Virus record (IMG/VR): IMGVR_UViG_3300033802_000281
DNA: 64,000 bases
Strand: one strand, 5' to 3'
Source of the DNA: a virus
The translations under genes and the position numbers were made by a program. Under the pieces are notes generated by a model. The model saw nothing but the letters and a program-made list of their open reading frames with translations. It had not been told where the DNA came from and did no database searches. Below, one piece after another: positions 51,697-61,533 of the stretch (its first letter is position 1; the number at the start of each line of letters is the position of its first letter).

Positions 51697-52758
51697 ATGA
51701 CAACTACCTATGCTGTTCTTCTTCCTAATAATCAAAATGTTTTCAAAGATATTCAATCATTTTTAGATGAATATCCAAATAAAAAAACAAAAATTGAATA
51801 CAGAAGAGATATCGAGCAATTCTTTAGATTTCTGCATAACATTAATCTTCAGGAAATTACAACTTATCACATTTACAACGGCCCTAATCACGAGCCTCTA
51901 CAACGGAAACATGTTATATTGTATCGAAATCATTTGTTGACTGCACCGGGAGAAAGAGGAAAAATAAATTCCGCTGGCACTATAAACCGAAAAATTGGAA
52001 CAATTAAAAATTTGTATAAATACCTTGAAAAAGAGTATAACTATAAGATCAATCATTCTATTTTTAATATTGATGCACTTGTCTATGAACCTAAAAAATT
52101 TGACATTATTAAAAAAGAAGATGTTACAAAATTAGCTGATCTCGCGTTGAATCTTAAGTATGGACATCAGCTAAATGTGTTCATTTACCTTGCAACTGTA
52201 ACCAGTATTCGAGTATCAGCGTTGTTGAAGATTAATAAAACTGATATAGTCAAAGATTACTATACTGATTTTTATCTTGTAAAAACAGTGGATAAACGAA
52301 ATCAACTAAGGCAATGTCCGATTGAAAAATGGTTATATGAAATGATCGAAAATCTAATAAAGGAACATGGTAAAGATCAAATTTTCCCTGATTTGACCGT
52401 TGACTATGTTAATAAATCCATAAAAAAACTCAAAAAAGAAGCTAAATTGCCTGATCATCTCCGTATTGTCACACATTCTCTTCGTAAAGTTGCACCGTCG
52501 TATGAAATGAAAACAGTCGGAAATGTAAGGAATGGAATGGTTCAGACTGGCCATAGATCGGTTCAAACATTTCTTGATACTTACGTTGAAAAAGAAGTTG
52601 ACTATAATCAGTTAGCTGGAATTCGAATGTTTAGAACAATTGATGAAAGTGTTTTTGAAATAGTAGATAAAACAGATATTCTTCAACTTCTTAAAACAAT
52701 TAATCCTGTCGCATATGAGCAACTAGCGCTCGCTATTAAAGAGTATATTGAAAATTAA
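51697..52758 (+). CDS. Tyrosine recombinase/integrase-family protein
   Basis: TSIRVSAL, HSLRK, GHRSVQTFLDTY; SAM-like N-terminus. Confidence 0.85.
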   Translation: MTTTYAVLLPNNQNVFKDIQSFLDEYPNKKTKIEYRRDIEQFFRFLHNINLQEITTYHIYNGPNHEPLQRKHVILYRNHLLTAPGERGKINSAGTINRKIGTIKNLYKYLEKEYNYKINHSIFNIDALVYEPKKFDIIKKEDVTKLADLALNLKYGHQLNVFIYLATVTSIRVSALLKINKTDIVKDYYTDFYLVKTVDKRNQLRQCPIEKWLYEMIENLIKEHGKDQIFPDLTVDYVNKSIKKLKKEAKLPDHLRIVTHSLRKVAPSYEMKTVGNVRNGMVQTGHRSVQTFLDTYVEKEVDYNQLAGIRMFRTIDESVFEIVDKTDILQLLKTINPVAYEQLALAIKEYIEN

Positions 52759-52852
52759 ATTGACAAAAATATAAAAGCTCTGATATAGTATAAAGCGCAA
52801 TAAAATGCGCTTTTTTATATTTTATTTTAAAAATAAGAAAAAGGAGAGGACT

Positions 52853-55099
52853 ATGAATTCTGATTTAATTGAAGTGACATTAATTCCTTGGATTAAGCGT
52901 TATCCTAAGCATAATAATTCTAGTGACTATTACATTTATGTGTGTAAAACAGAAGATGATAGAATTGAAAAAAATATGGTTGGCGGTCAGAAAGCTGTGA
53001 CAATCAAGGGAAATATGCCTGAACTTGAGATTGGTATGCCTTACAAGGCACTTCTCAAATTTGCGGATAAACATGAAACCTTTGGTGTAAGTTATTGGGT
53101 TGAGTCGATTTTTCAAGACATTCCAACAGATGCAAAAAATCAAAAAGCTTTTCTTTCGGCTCTATTGACAGAGCGACAAGTAGAAGAAATCTATAAAATA
53201 TATTCAGAAGAAGATGATATTGTCCAACTTATCATTGACGGAAAATTTGATTATGAAAAAGTACATGGTATTGGCCCTGTATATTACGAACGTATTAGAC
53301 AAAAACTAATTGAAAATATGGAGTATCGTGAACTGATTAGTTTGCTTGGTGGTAGTGGTATTCGATTTGATAAAGTTGTTTCCGAATTTGGATCGGCAAA
53401 GTTTGCAGTATTTCAGATTCGTGAAAATCCATATAACCTGATGAAAGTAAGTGGGGTTGGATTCATCAAGGCAGATGCGGTTGCACAACGAATGGGGATA
53501 GAAAAAACTAATCCTTTTCGTATTGACGCAGGCATAAAACATGTAATAACAGAAGAACATAATGATGGACATACATATGTATATAGTGACGAACTCATTA
53601 AACGTTGTACTCAAATTCTAAAAATTGATTCTGAACTTATACAAAATCGATTATCTGATACATTAGATATCATAATCATAGAAAATCGAGTGGCATTGCA
53701 ACATACATATCAGTGTGAATTGACAATTGCAAATAAAATTCATGAATTGCTTAAAAATAGCGAAGAACTGAAATTTGATCCAGAAGATTTCATTAAGCGA
53801 ATGGAAGATAAATATCAAATTAAGTTGACCGATCAGCAAAAATCATTTTTTAATAATATCAAAAAACATGCGGTAAACTTACTCGTTGGTTATGCTGGAA
53901 CCGGGAAAAGTCAAATGATGAGTTTGCTAAAAGATTTGCTTGATGAAATGAATAAAACTCATGTATGGTTCAATACATCAGTTTATCTTACTCCGACAGG
54001 AAAAAGCGCGAAAGTTCTAACAAAATACTTAAAAGATCGAACAGCATATACAATACATAAACATATCGGCTATGGATTACCAAAAGAATTGTATGATGAA
54101 GTTGAAGTTACACAAGATTTTATCATTGTTGATGAGACATCAATGGTTGATATTTTTATTCTTTCAAGCTTGCTCCAAAAAATAAAAAATAAAAAAGCTA
54201 GAATATTATTTGTTGGCGATGCATTTCAGCTTCCTTCCGTTTCTGCTGGAAATTGTTTACATGATATGATTGAAAGTGGTGTAATTCCAACAACAAAGTT
54301 AGATATTGTGTTTCGCCAATCAGAAGGTGGTATTTTAGATATTGCAACAAGAGTTAGAAAAGGCGAAAAATTTATTGAAAATGACTTTGAAGGAAAACAG
54401 TTATTTGGTAATAATCTCTTAATTCACTCTGTAGACCAAAAACATATGGTTGACGGATATAAGTATTACTATAATCAATTATTAAAAAAATATAGGCCAG
54501 AAGATATTATGGTACTTTCACCTAGAAAAAAATTTGATCTCGGTACTGTAGCTATTAATAAAACGATACAGGAAATTGTTAATCCGGCTATTGAAGGGAT
54601 TACAAAAGAAATAGGATTTGGCGAAAACAATTTCCTTAGAACTGGAGATTATGTTATAAACACTCGAAATGTAGATTTAAATCTTGTTAACGGTGATACG
54701 GGGATTGTTATAGATTTTATTTATACTTCTGATAAAAATTCTGACAATAAATCGTCTCTTGAAAAATATAACGATAAAGAGGAAAAGAGCGGAATTCTTA
54801 TTGATTTCGGCTTCGAACAAAGATTAATATCTTTTGAGGATAAGCATCAACTGCTTCATGCGTGGTGTTTAACCATACATAAAAGTCAGGGCAGTAGTGC
54901 AAAATCAGTACTTATTGTACTGGACAAATCTCATAAGTTTCAAGTTACAGCAAATTTACTCTATACCGCGCTTACTCGTGCAGAAGAAAATGCTATTTTA
55001 TTGTGTCAAGCCGATGTTATCAATTATGCGATGCGGAATGTTGAGAATTTGATGAGAAATACATTTTTATGTGAGATGCTTAAAGGAAAGATAGTTTAA
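52853..55099 (+). CDS. recD2: RecD2-like SF1B helicase
   Basis: HhH motifs VHGIG and VSGVGF; GYAGTGKS, PTGKSA, VDETSM, GDAFQLPSV, FRQ, TIHKSQG, LYTALTRA. Confidence 0.9.
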   Translation: MNSDLIEVTLIPWIKRYPKHNNSSDYYIYVCKTEDDRIEKNMVGGQKAVTIKGNMPELEIGMPYKALLKFADKHETFGVSYWVESIFQDIPTDAKNQKAFLSALLTERQVEEIYKIYSEEDDIVQLIIDGKFDYEKVHGIGPVYYERIRQKLIENMEYRELISLLGGSGIRFDKVVSEFGSAKFAVFQIRENPYNLMKVSGVGFIKADAVAQRMGIEKTNPFRIDAGIKHVITEEHNDGHTYVYSDELIKRCTQILKIDSELIQNRLSDTLDIIIIENRVALQHTYQCELTIANKIHELLKNSEELKFDPEDFIKRMEDKYQIKLTDQQKSFFNNIKKHAVNLLVGYAGTGKSQMMSLLKDLLDEMNKTHVWFNTSVYLTPTGKSAKVLTKYLKDRTAYTIHKHIGYGLPKELYDEVEVTQDFIIVDETSMVDIFILSSLLQKIKNKKARILFVGDAFQLPSVSAGNCLHDMIESGVIPTTKLDIVFRQSEGGILDIATRVRKGEKFIENDFEGKQLFGNNLLIHSVDQKHMVDGYKYYYNQLLKKYRPEDIMVLSPRKKFDLGTVAINKTIQEIVNPAIEGITKEIGFGENNFLRTGDYVINTRNVDLNLVNGDTGIVIDFIYTSDKNSDNKSSLEKYNDKEEKSGILIDFGFEQRLISFEDKHQLLHAWCLTIHKSQGSSAKSVLIVLDKSHKFQVTANLLYTALTRAEENAILLCQADVINYAMRNVENLMRNTFLCEMLKGKIV

Positions 55100-55114
55100 T
55101 TATATATCTACCTG

Positions 55115-55283
55115 TACATGGTTACTTTTGGGCGCGAAAATGACCGATTTTTCACTACATGGTTACTTTTGGGCAAAATCGCGCCCATTTTTACACCTAC
55201 ATGGTTACTTTTGGGCACGAAAATGACTCAAAGTAGCCACTACATGGTTACTTTTGGGCACGAAAATGACTCAAAGTAGCCAC
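55115..55283 (+). repeat. Four iteron-like direct repeats (TACATGGTTACTTTTGGGC); putative replication origin
   Basis: Copies start at 55115, 55156, 55198, 55241; followed by a very AT-rich tract. Confidence 0.85.
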
Positions 55284-55354
55284 TATAAATATATATAAAA
55301 AATAAAAGAAAAATAAAAATATAAATTTTATAAAAAAGACGAAAGGGGTGTATA

Positions 55355-56260
55355 TTGTTGAAAATTGATTTTAAAAAAATTTTTGGAAATAAAATAATAA
55401 ATTATAATTGTAAAATAGATAATATATTTTTTAATAAAGAAAATGATAAGAATATAATAAATGAATTATATGTTTATTATGTATTGAATCTGTTAAGTTT
55501 AGATATAAATAAAGATATCCTGTATACAAATATATATTTATTAAATAATTTTATTTCTCTACATGAAAAAGAAAGAAATAATATTTCTGCAATATATGCA
55601 TCTTTAGAAGGATTAAAAGAAAGTGGTTTTATAATTTATGAACTTGATGAAAAGGTGGGTGTAAAAGAAAAACATTATAATCCAATGGTAATCAGGTTTC
55701 TAAAAAGAGATCCGTCCATAAATTATACTTTACTGTATCATTGGATGTATGAGAAATCTGATAATCCAAAAGAATTTTTTGTATTTGCATATATACAAAA
55801 GTGGAAGAATAGCACATATAAAATTAGCACTAGTGAATGGATAAAAAAAATGGGGTATACAAAACGGATAGTAATAGAATTATTAAAAAAAATGCAGGAT
55901 GAAAATAAAATTAAAATTATTAGCGGAAAATATGAATCTGGAGAACAAAATAAAAATATAAATAGTTATGTAATTGTTGAGGATGAGTATAAAACAGTAC
56001 TTGGTGATTTGACGCTGGATGAAATAAAAGAAATGATACAAGAGTGTAATTGGGGAAAAGTTAATGAATTTGGTTATTATGAAACTTTAACACAATGGGA
56101 TTTTGATCTGTATATGGTGTGCAAGGAATTTGGTATGTTTGAGGAGTTTGTTGATAAGTGTGAAGATGTTTTAAGAAAAATGAAAATGTATCCGGGAGGA
56201 ATAGAGAAAATAAAAAGATTTGATAAAGAATATTTGAGACAGGTTGAAGTTTTGAAATAA
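55355..56260 (+). CDS. Putative replication initiator (wHTH-like)
   Basis: Adjacent to iterons; two helical HTH-like segments (LEGLKESGFI; KMGYTKRIVIELLKKM..NKIK). Confidence 0.45.
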   Translation: MLKIDFKKIFGNKIINYNCKIDNIFFNKENDKNIINELYVYYVLNLLSLDINKDILYTNIYLLNNFISLHEKERNNISAIYASLEGLKESGFIIYELDEKVGVKEKHYNPMVIRFLKRDPSINYTLLYHWMYEKSDNPKEFFVFAYIQKWKNSTYKISTSEWIKKMGYTKRIVIELLKKMQDENKIKIISGKYESGEQNKNINSYVIVEDEYKTVLGDLTLDEIKEMIQECNWGKVNEFGYYETLTQWDFDLYMVCKEFGMFEEFVDKCEDVLRKMKMYPGGIEKIKRFDKEYLRQVEVLK

Positions 56261-56294
56261 TAAAGACTTCACTATTTAGAGTAGATGATTCTGA

Positions 56295-56501
56295 ATGCTA
56301 AGTTCAATAAAAATTCTTAAATCAATATATTCTATGAAACCGTATTTTACATTTAATGAATTATGTGTTCAAGTAAATGATGTTATTAATAGTGCATCAT
56401 TAAAAAGATACTTAAGTAAGTTGTGTGAAAATGAAATACTGATAAAGCATGGATCATTGTATTTTATAGATGAAAATCAGATACGAGATAAAAGGGATTA
56501 A
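56295..56501 (+). CDS. Small wHTH-like protein
   Basis: FTFNELC...SASLKRYLSKLCENEILIK. Confidence 0.4.
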   Translation: MLSSIKILKSIYSMKPYFTFNELCVQVNDVINSASLKRYLSKLCENEILIKHGSLYFIDENQIRDKRD

Positions 56502-56507
56502 ATACAT

Positions 56508-57100
56508 TTGGAAAAAAGAGAAAAAAAATAAAAGAAAGATGGTTTAAGAATCATAAAGCAACCTTGAAACAGTATGGAGATTTACAGGTATTTGATTGAA
56601 AGGAACCGGAGAAAATTTATTATTATTGCAGATACGTGTTTGATGGAAACAAAATGTATATTAGCGGAGATATTGGTGAAGCTGTTTTTGTTTTAACATG
56701 GAAAGCTGATGTACATTCGTTTAATGATGTGAGTATTGACTATTTTGAAAGTAAAATGGCATCCTACAATGATGAAAGGAGAAATTTTAATAATGATAAA
56801 GCGATAAAAAGACTTAGAGAATGGTTAAAAAATATAAAAAATAGAGATGAACAATATGATCACGACAAAATGAGAGAATTGTTTGATGATGCAAGAAGTT
56901 GTGTATCAAAAGAAGAGTGGGTGAGCATTGTTAACTTAAATAGTGGTTGGATTAGTGAGTTGGATTGTGATTATTGGGAATGGATTTATGATATTAGTGA
57001 TGAAATTCCGATGAAGGTGTATGGATATTTGGTGGGATTACAGATAGCAAGTGAACAATTGAGGAGAAAGGAATATGAAAAAGATACCGAGAAATCCTAA
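56508..57100 (+). pseudogene. Probably degraded phage hypothetical gene
   Basis: Coding-like sequence (WFKNHKATL..GDLQVFD*KEP) extends upstream of ORF 56636 through TGA 56597; the RBS-linked TTG 56508 is out of frame across an A8 run. Confidence 0.55.
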
Positions 57101-57287
57101 TAAAAGACCTTGTATTGCAAAAAACATTACTTTTCCTATTCAGAGAGAAAATGAAGAATGGATAAGGGTGTTGAAAAATTTATCTAAAAATAATAAAAAA
57201 TAAAAAGGAAATTAATTAGGTGGATACATTCCACTTTTTATATTTGTTATTTGAAAAATTCAATTTAATATAGTATGATTTTTAGAA

Positions 57288-57680
57288 ATGACCACGAATG
57301 GAGAGAATAGTGTGGAAAAAATCAGAGCGATTAGAAAAAGAGTTGGAGAAAATTTAGAGTTTTTTGAATTAGAAAATGAATTAACAGCTTTGCAAGAAGT
57401 AGTTGGTGGATATTTAGAAGTGGTCAGGTTGCCTAATGATATTGTGCTTTGGTGTAATGAAGAAGGATTACTACAAGGTTTACCACAGAATTTAATACTG
57501 ATGGGAGATAAAAATGTACCGATTGTTGGCGATGTGTTATTTACAAGTACAAATATAAGAGGAGATACAACGGGTTTAAATGAATTACAAATGGTTTGGA
57601 TTATAAATAGGACAAAGATTATTGGAAAAGGAGAATATGACGGGGTAGAATATTTTTTATACGGTTTGAATTGTGGGTGA
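57288..57680 (+). CDS. DUF3846-like protein
   Basis: LQEVVGGYLEVV...CNEEGLLQGLPQN...IVGDVLF. Confidence 0.75.
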   Translation: MTTNGENSVEKIRAIRKRVGENLEFFELENELTALQEVVGGYLEVVRLPNDIVLWCNEEGLLQGLPQNLILMGDKNVPIVGDVLFTSTNIRGDTTGLNELQMVWIINRTKIIGKGEYDGVEYFLYGLNCG

Positions 57681-58315
57681 GTAGATTCGATACCCACTCT
57701 TTTTATTGGATTTTTAGATGTCGAGAGTAGATGGTGAATTTGTTAATAAAATGTGTATAAATATAGGGGATTTGGGAAGATGATTGAGATTGTGAGGAGG
57801 GAAGAAGGAGGTAGATGATCGGTAAAAGAGGTATTTTTATAGGGAGATTTAGATTGGAAATGGTGGAATAAAGGATGAAATATGAAATTTGTGTGTAGTG
57901 AAAATGGCTATTATTATACATATTTTACGACACCTAATCTGATAGTACCTTGTCTGTCGAATCAGATTTTCAACTTTGTGACTGAAAAAGACGTGCTAAA
58001 GGAAAATCTGGAAAAATGACATCTAATGGAAAATGAAAACTATCCCCCCTCCCTATCCATCCGCTAAAAATCCGCATACTAATAGTGATTAGTAAGTAAA
58101 GGCACGGAGCGAGCTATTCGGGTGTGGTCGGATTGGTGAAGGGAGGTAAAGGGTTCTGGATAGTGGAAAAAAATGTTAAAAATAGAAGGCCAGGCGCATA
58201 GATACATTTTGTATCATAATGATACATATTGTCGCCATGGTAACATGGCGGCGACCGCTGAAGACTTTCTTACAAAAAACATACAAAAAATATACAATCA
58301 AAAGTAAAATATATA

Positions 58316-58344
58316 TTGCGTTTATCTGTCCGATATGGTATAGT
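58316..58344 (+). promoter_or_regulatory. Early SigA-type promoter with extended -10
   Basis: TTGCGT-17-TATAGT with TG; A-rich UP region. Confidence 0.7.
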
Positions 58345-58429
58345 ATAAGTAATAATATTATGAGAGAAAGAGGAAATCGAACTTATTCCGGCCTAAGGCC
58401 ACCCACAAATTACATAGGAGGTTTTAAAA

Positions 58430-58699
58430 ATGCAACTCAAAAAGTCCGATTTTATTCGCGAAATCGTCCGTTGTATCGTCGAAGACAGTGAACACATTTA
58501 CAACGCCGTCGCTTCCGCAGCCGTCCATTTTGCCGAGCAAGGTTACACAACTATTGATGACCAAAACATCATGGGATACATCCTCAACACCATTGACCGC
58601 ATAAACATCAAAAACAGCGTCCGCGAGTGGTGCGAAGAGCGCGGCATCAAATACAACGATGAAGACAATGTATATTGTCTCCTCGCCGAATTAAGATAG
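58430..58699 (+). CDS. Early hypothetical protein
   Basis: AGGAGG RBS, own promoter, followed by T-rich hairpin. Confidence 0.7.
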   Translation: MQLKKSDFIREIVRCIVEDSEHIYNAVASAAVHFAEQGYTTIDDQNIMGYILNTIDRINIKNSVREWCEERGIKYNDEDNVYCLLAELR

Positions 58700-58964
58700 G
58701 CCTAACGGCCTCTTTTTACGGCCTCTTTTTTTGCCTTTTTCCGCCCACCACCTCACCCACAACACATCACACATCACAACCCCTGGCCTACCAATATCTA
58801 CCATATAACACCATACAACACGCAACGCAACATATATAACAGCTACAAAAGCACAAGCGCCGCTAACAAAAAAACTTCGGCTGACTAATTAACAAACAAA
58901 TGCAGTGCCGAAATCTGCTGTAACGTAATTGGCTGTAACGTAGTATTCACGTTACAGCGGCGCA

Positions 58965-58999
58965 AAAAGGGGGAATCAGCGAATAACTCTCCTTTTTTT
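58965..58999. terminator. Bidirectional terminator-like hairpin
   Basis: AAAAAGGGGGA...TCTCCTTTTTTT. Confidence 0.55.
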
Positions 59000-59075
59000 G
59001 TCACGTACAACCAACTTAAAACTTAACATCAAAAATAAAAAATAAAAAAATCAAAAAAAAAGTGTCTAGAATATG

Positions 59076-59103
59076 TTGCATATCTATATAGATATGGTAT
59101 AAT
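59076..59103 (+). promoter_or_regulatory. Early SigA-type promoter with overlapping palindrome
   Basis: TTGCAT-16-TATAAT with TG; perfect palindrome CATATCTATATAGATATG at 59079-59096. Confidence 0.7.
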
Positions 59104-59174
59104 GGGATACAGATAAAGCACATTAAATGCTTATTTGATTATCATATTAAAATAAAACAATGGAGGAATAAAAA

Positions 59175-59816
59175 ATGAAAAAAGTAAAATTGCAATACGA
59201 GAACATACATATAACAGAATCCGGCGTTAGATATTGGGACATTGGGCAGGAGATGGAACTGATTTATATTATCGAGACAACACGAAACGATGAAGACGTA
59301 AAAAATGATTATTCTAACATTATCCAAAAGGAATGTCATTCACTTAATGAATTATTTAAAATCTTTAACGAGTGGCAAAAAGCAGGTTATAAAAATATTC
59401 AAATTGTAACTAACGTCAAGCATAACAACGAAACAATTATAGAAGACGTTTCGGAATGTCTGGAATTGTCTGTTAACAGCGCAGAAATGAATAATCTAAA
59501 AGATGATAGCAAACAGTTACAAAAAACCAGAGAACAAGTCGCAACATATGACGGATTTATAAAGCATTACAAAGCAGAAAAGGCATTCGAAAAGTATTTG
59601 AAAGAAAGAAATGCGGAAAAGAATAAAGATCAAAACGGTTTATATTGGTACGAAATGCGTTTACGTCCATTATCCATTGGAAGCCAGCCGAACGGATTTA
59701 TACAGATAGACGACACAAAAGGCAGACACGGCATTATAGCATATAACAGGCCGTTGACGCAAAATGAAATAAACGAATATGATTTAAGTTTATGGGAAAT
59801 AACATCAATAATATAA
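59175..59816 (+). CDS. Protein with C-terminal DarA_C-like (defence-against-restriction) domain
   Basis: YWYEMRLRPLSIGSQPNGF...GRHGIIAYNRPLT..EINEYDL. Confidence 0.6.
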   Translation: MKKVKLQYENIHITESGVRYWDIGQEMELIYIIETTRNDEDVKNDYSNIIQKECHSLNELFKIFNEWQKAGYKNIQIVTNVKHNNETIIEDVSECLELSVNSAEMNNLKDDSKQLQKTREQVATYDGFIKHYKAEKAFEKYLKERNAEKNKDQNGLYWYEMRLRPLSIGSQPNGFIQIDDTKGRHGIIAYNRPLTQNEINEYDLSLWEITSII

Positions 59817-59840
59817 TATTAATATTGGAGGCATAACATA

Positions 59841-59889
59841 GTGCAAGCCGAGGCCGCCCCGAGAAATCGAGGCGCGGCGCTCAACCTGT
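59841..59889 (+). ncRNA. 3' half of a split twister-sister-like ribozyme
   Basis: GTGCAAGC-CGAGGC-hairpin-CGGCGCTC^AACCTG; lacks the GCAGGGCTAGGCC 5' strand locally. Confidence 0.7.
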
Positions 59890-59922
59890 AATGCAGGAAT
59901 TATCAAAGGAGGATTGATTAAC

Positions 59923-60138
59923 ATGACGAAAACTCGCCGCATCGTTGCTCAAATCATCCATGCGCTCCGTCGTTACGACATCCCGTATATCGTCCACGAC
60001 GAAGCACTCCGTCACGGGATCGCACCATCCGTCGTCATCATGACCGACTGGCATATCATCGTCATTGACGGTTTGCATGTGACCATCGATGACAAGCCTG
60101 TCCGCTCTATCCAATCGCTTATTGATGCTGTCGCTTGA
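59923..60138 (+). CDS. Early hypothetical protein
   Basis: AAAGGAGG RBS after the ribozyme half. Confidence 0.7.
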   Translation: MTKTRRIVAQIIHALRRYDIPYIVHDEALRHGIAPSVVIMTDWHIIVIDGLHVTIDDKPVRSIQSLIDAVA

Positions 60139-60177
60139 TAGCGTCATAAAAATAAAATATAAAGGAGAGTGTAACAA

Positions 60178-60471
60178 ATGTCCATCACGAAAGCAAATCA
60201 AATCATGGCATGCGCCCGTGGCGCATGGCAACGAGAAATTGCGTATCGTCTTGCTAGCGGCGACGCGATCCAGTCCCCGCATAACACGCTGCGCGGCGCG
60301 GCCAAAAACTACCAAATTCGTTACGCCGCCAGCTTCCGAAATCTTGTCCGCCGCATCGAAGCCGCAGGCTTTCGCGTCGTCCGCACTCCGGGTGTTCGCG
60401 GCGGCGAATACAGCGCTACCTATCGCGTATATCCCGCTACAGGGGCGATGGTCGCGGGAAGTCGCAAATAA
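60178..60471 (+). CDS. Early hypothetical protein (GC-rich)
   Basis: AAGGAG RBS; 97 aa. Confidence 0.7.
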   Translation: MSITKANQIMACARGAWQREIAYRLASGDAIQSPHNTLRGAAKNYQIRYAASFRNLVRRIEAAGFRVVRTPGVRGGEYSATYRVYPATGAMVAGSRK

Positions 60472-60518
60472 AACACAACAACAAAATAAAAATAAAAAAT
60501 GCAAAGGAGAACATAAAC

Positions 60519-61046
60519 ATGGAAATGAGAATCTATGTTGCAAATCTGGCCGCATACAATGCAGGCTTTCTTGTTGGCGAATGGATCGACCTTCCGCTTG
60601 AAAAAGATGAACTGTGGTCACGTATTCAAAAAATTCTTGACAAATGGAACGATGGATGCAGACCTTCAGAAGAATGGGCAATTCATGATTATGAAGGATT
60701 TCCGTTTGAAGTTAGTGAATATAGCAATGTTGACAAACTGAATAAGATTGCAGAAACGCTTAACAATCTTAATGAAGACGAAGACGTAATTAAGGCTGTC
60801 TTTGATCTCCTCAACCGTGACGAAGCACTTGAAAAGCTCCAAAATGGAGAATACCGCGTTTATGATGACTGTGACAGCATGGGTGACGTTGCTTATCAAT
60901 TGTATGAGGAATCCGGCAGACTTGCGGAGATTGAAAAAGTTATATCTTCATCCTACATTGATTGGGAAGTAATCGGACGTGATATGGAAATTGAGGGAAC
61001 ATTTAAATACATCGGAAACAGCCGATTTGTTGAAATCATTGACTAA
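60519..61046 (+). CDS. ardA: Antirestriction protein ArdA (DNA mimic, type I RM inhibitor)
   Basis: RIYVANLAAYNAG.LVGEWIDLP...EEWAIHDYEG...SYIDWE.IGRDM; highly acidic. Confidence 0.92.
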   Translation: MEMRIYVANLAAYNAGFLVGEWIDLPLEKDELWSRIQKILDKWNDGCRPSEEWAIHDYEGFPFEVSEYSNVDKLNKIAETLNNLNEDEDVIKAVFDLLNRDEALEKLQNGEYRVYDDCDSMGDVAYQLYEESGRLAEIEKVISSSYIDWEVIGRDMEIEGTFKYIGNSRFVEIID

Positions 61047-61104
61047 ATACAATTTATAACATAGAAAACGAGCGAATTACAATTTAATAAGGAGGATAAC
61101 AGTT

Positions 61105-61440
61105 ATGAATAAATCAATTATTATAGACGTTTCGCCATATATTGCACAACAATGGGTTAAATATAATGGCGATTTAAATAAAAAACAATGGTTAAAAAAC
61201 AATGGTTTAAAAAATCAAGTCATCAATTATATTAAGTCTAAGCTTTGTAATCATAATTTCTACACTTTACATGATGCTACATATCGATTTAAAATATTTG
61301 ATAGTCAAATACAAGATGTTATTATTAACATTAAATGGAGTGGTAAAGAGAACATAGAAATATGGAAAAATCAAGTACAAGAAGACTATATATCTATTTG
61401 TAGTATTTTCGCTGGAAGGTTTATTGTAACTAAAAAATGA
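61105..61440 (+). CDS. Early hypothetical protein (AT-rich)
   Basis: AAGGAGG RBS. Confidence 0.65.
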   Translation: MNKSIIIDVSPYIAQQWVKYNGDLNKKQWLKNNGLKNQVINYIKSKLCNHNFYTLHDATYRFKIFDSQIQDVIINIKWSGKENIEIWKNQVQEDYISICSIFAGRFIVTKK

Positions 61441-61449
61441 TTATTAAGT

Positions 61450-61477
61450 GCAGGGCTAGGCCCAGCCTTGTGAAACC
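61450..61477 (+). ncRNA. 5' half of a split twister-sister-like ribozyme
   Basis: GCAGGGCTAGGCCCAGCCTTGTGAAACC; complementary to the half at 59841. Confidence 0.7.
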
Positions 61478-61533
61478 TATCCGCCAGACGGCGGTGATGG
61501 TCACGGGAGACCACAGAAATGGAGGGGATAACG

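Noticed and set aside
55115-55283. Possible CRISPR array
   Set aside because: Repeats are 19 bp with 22-24 nt spacers that resemble each other (two identical), and no cas genes are present; iterons fit better
61470-61515. Hammerhead or a complete local twister-sister after the 61450 half
   Set aside because: No CUGANGA core and no GCTCA/CCTG strand nearby; the complementary partner is at 59841
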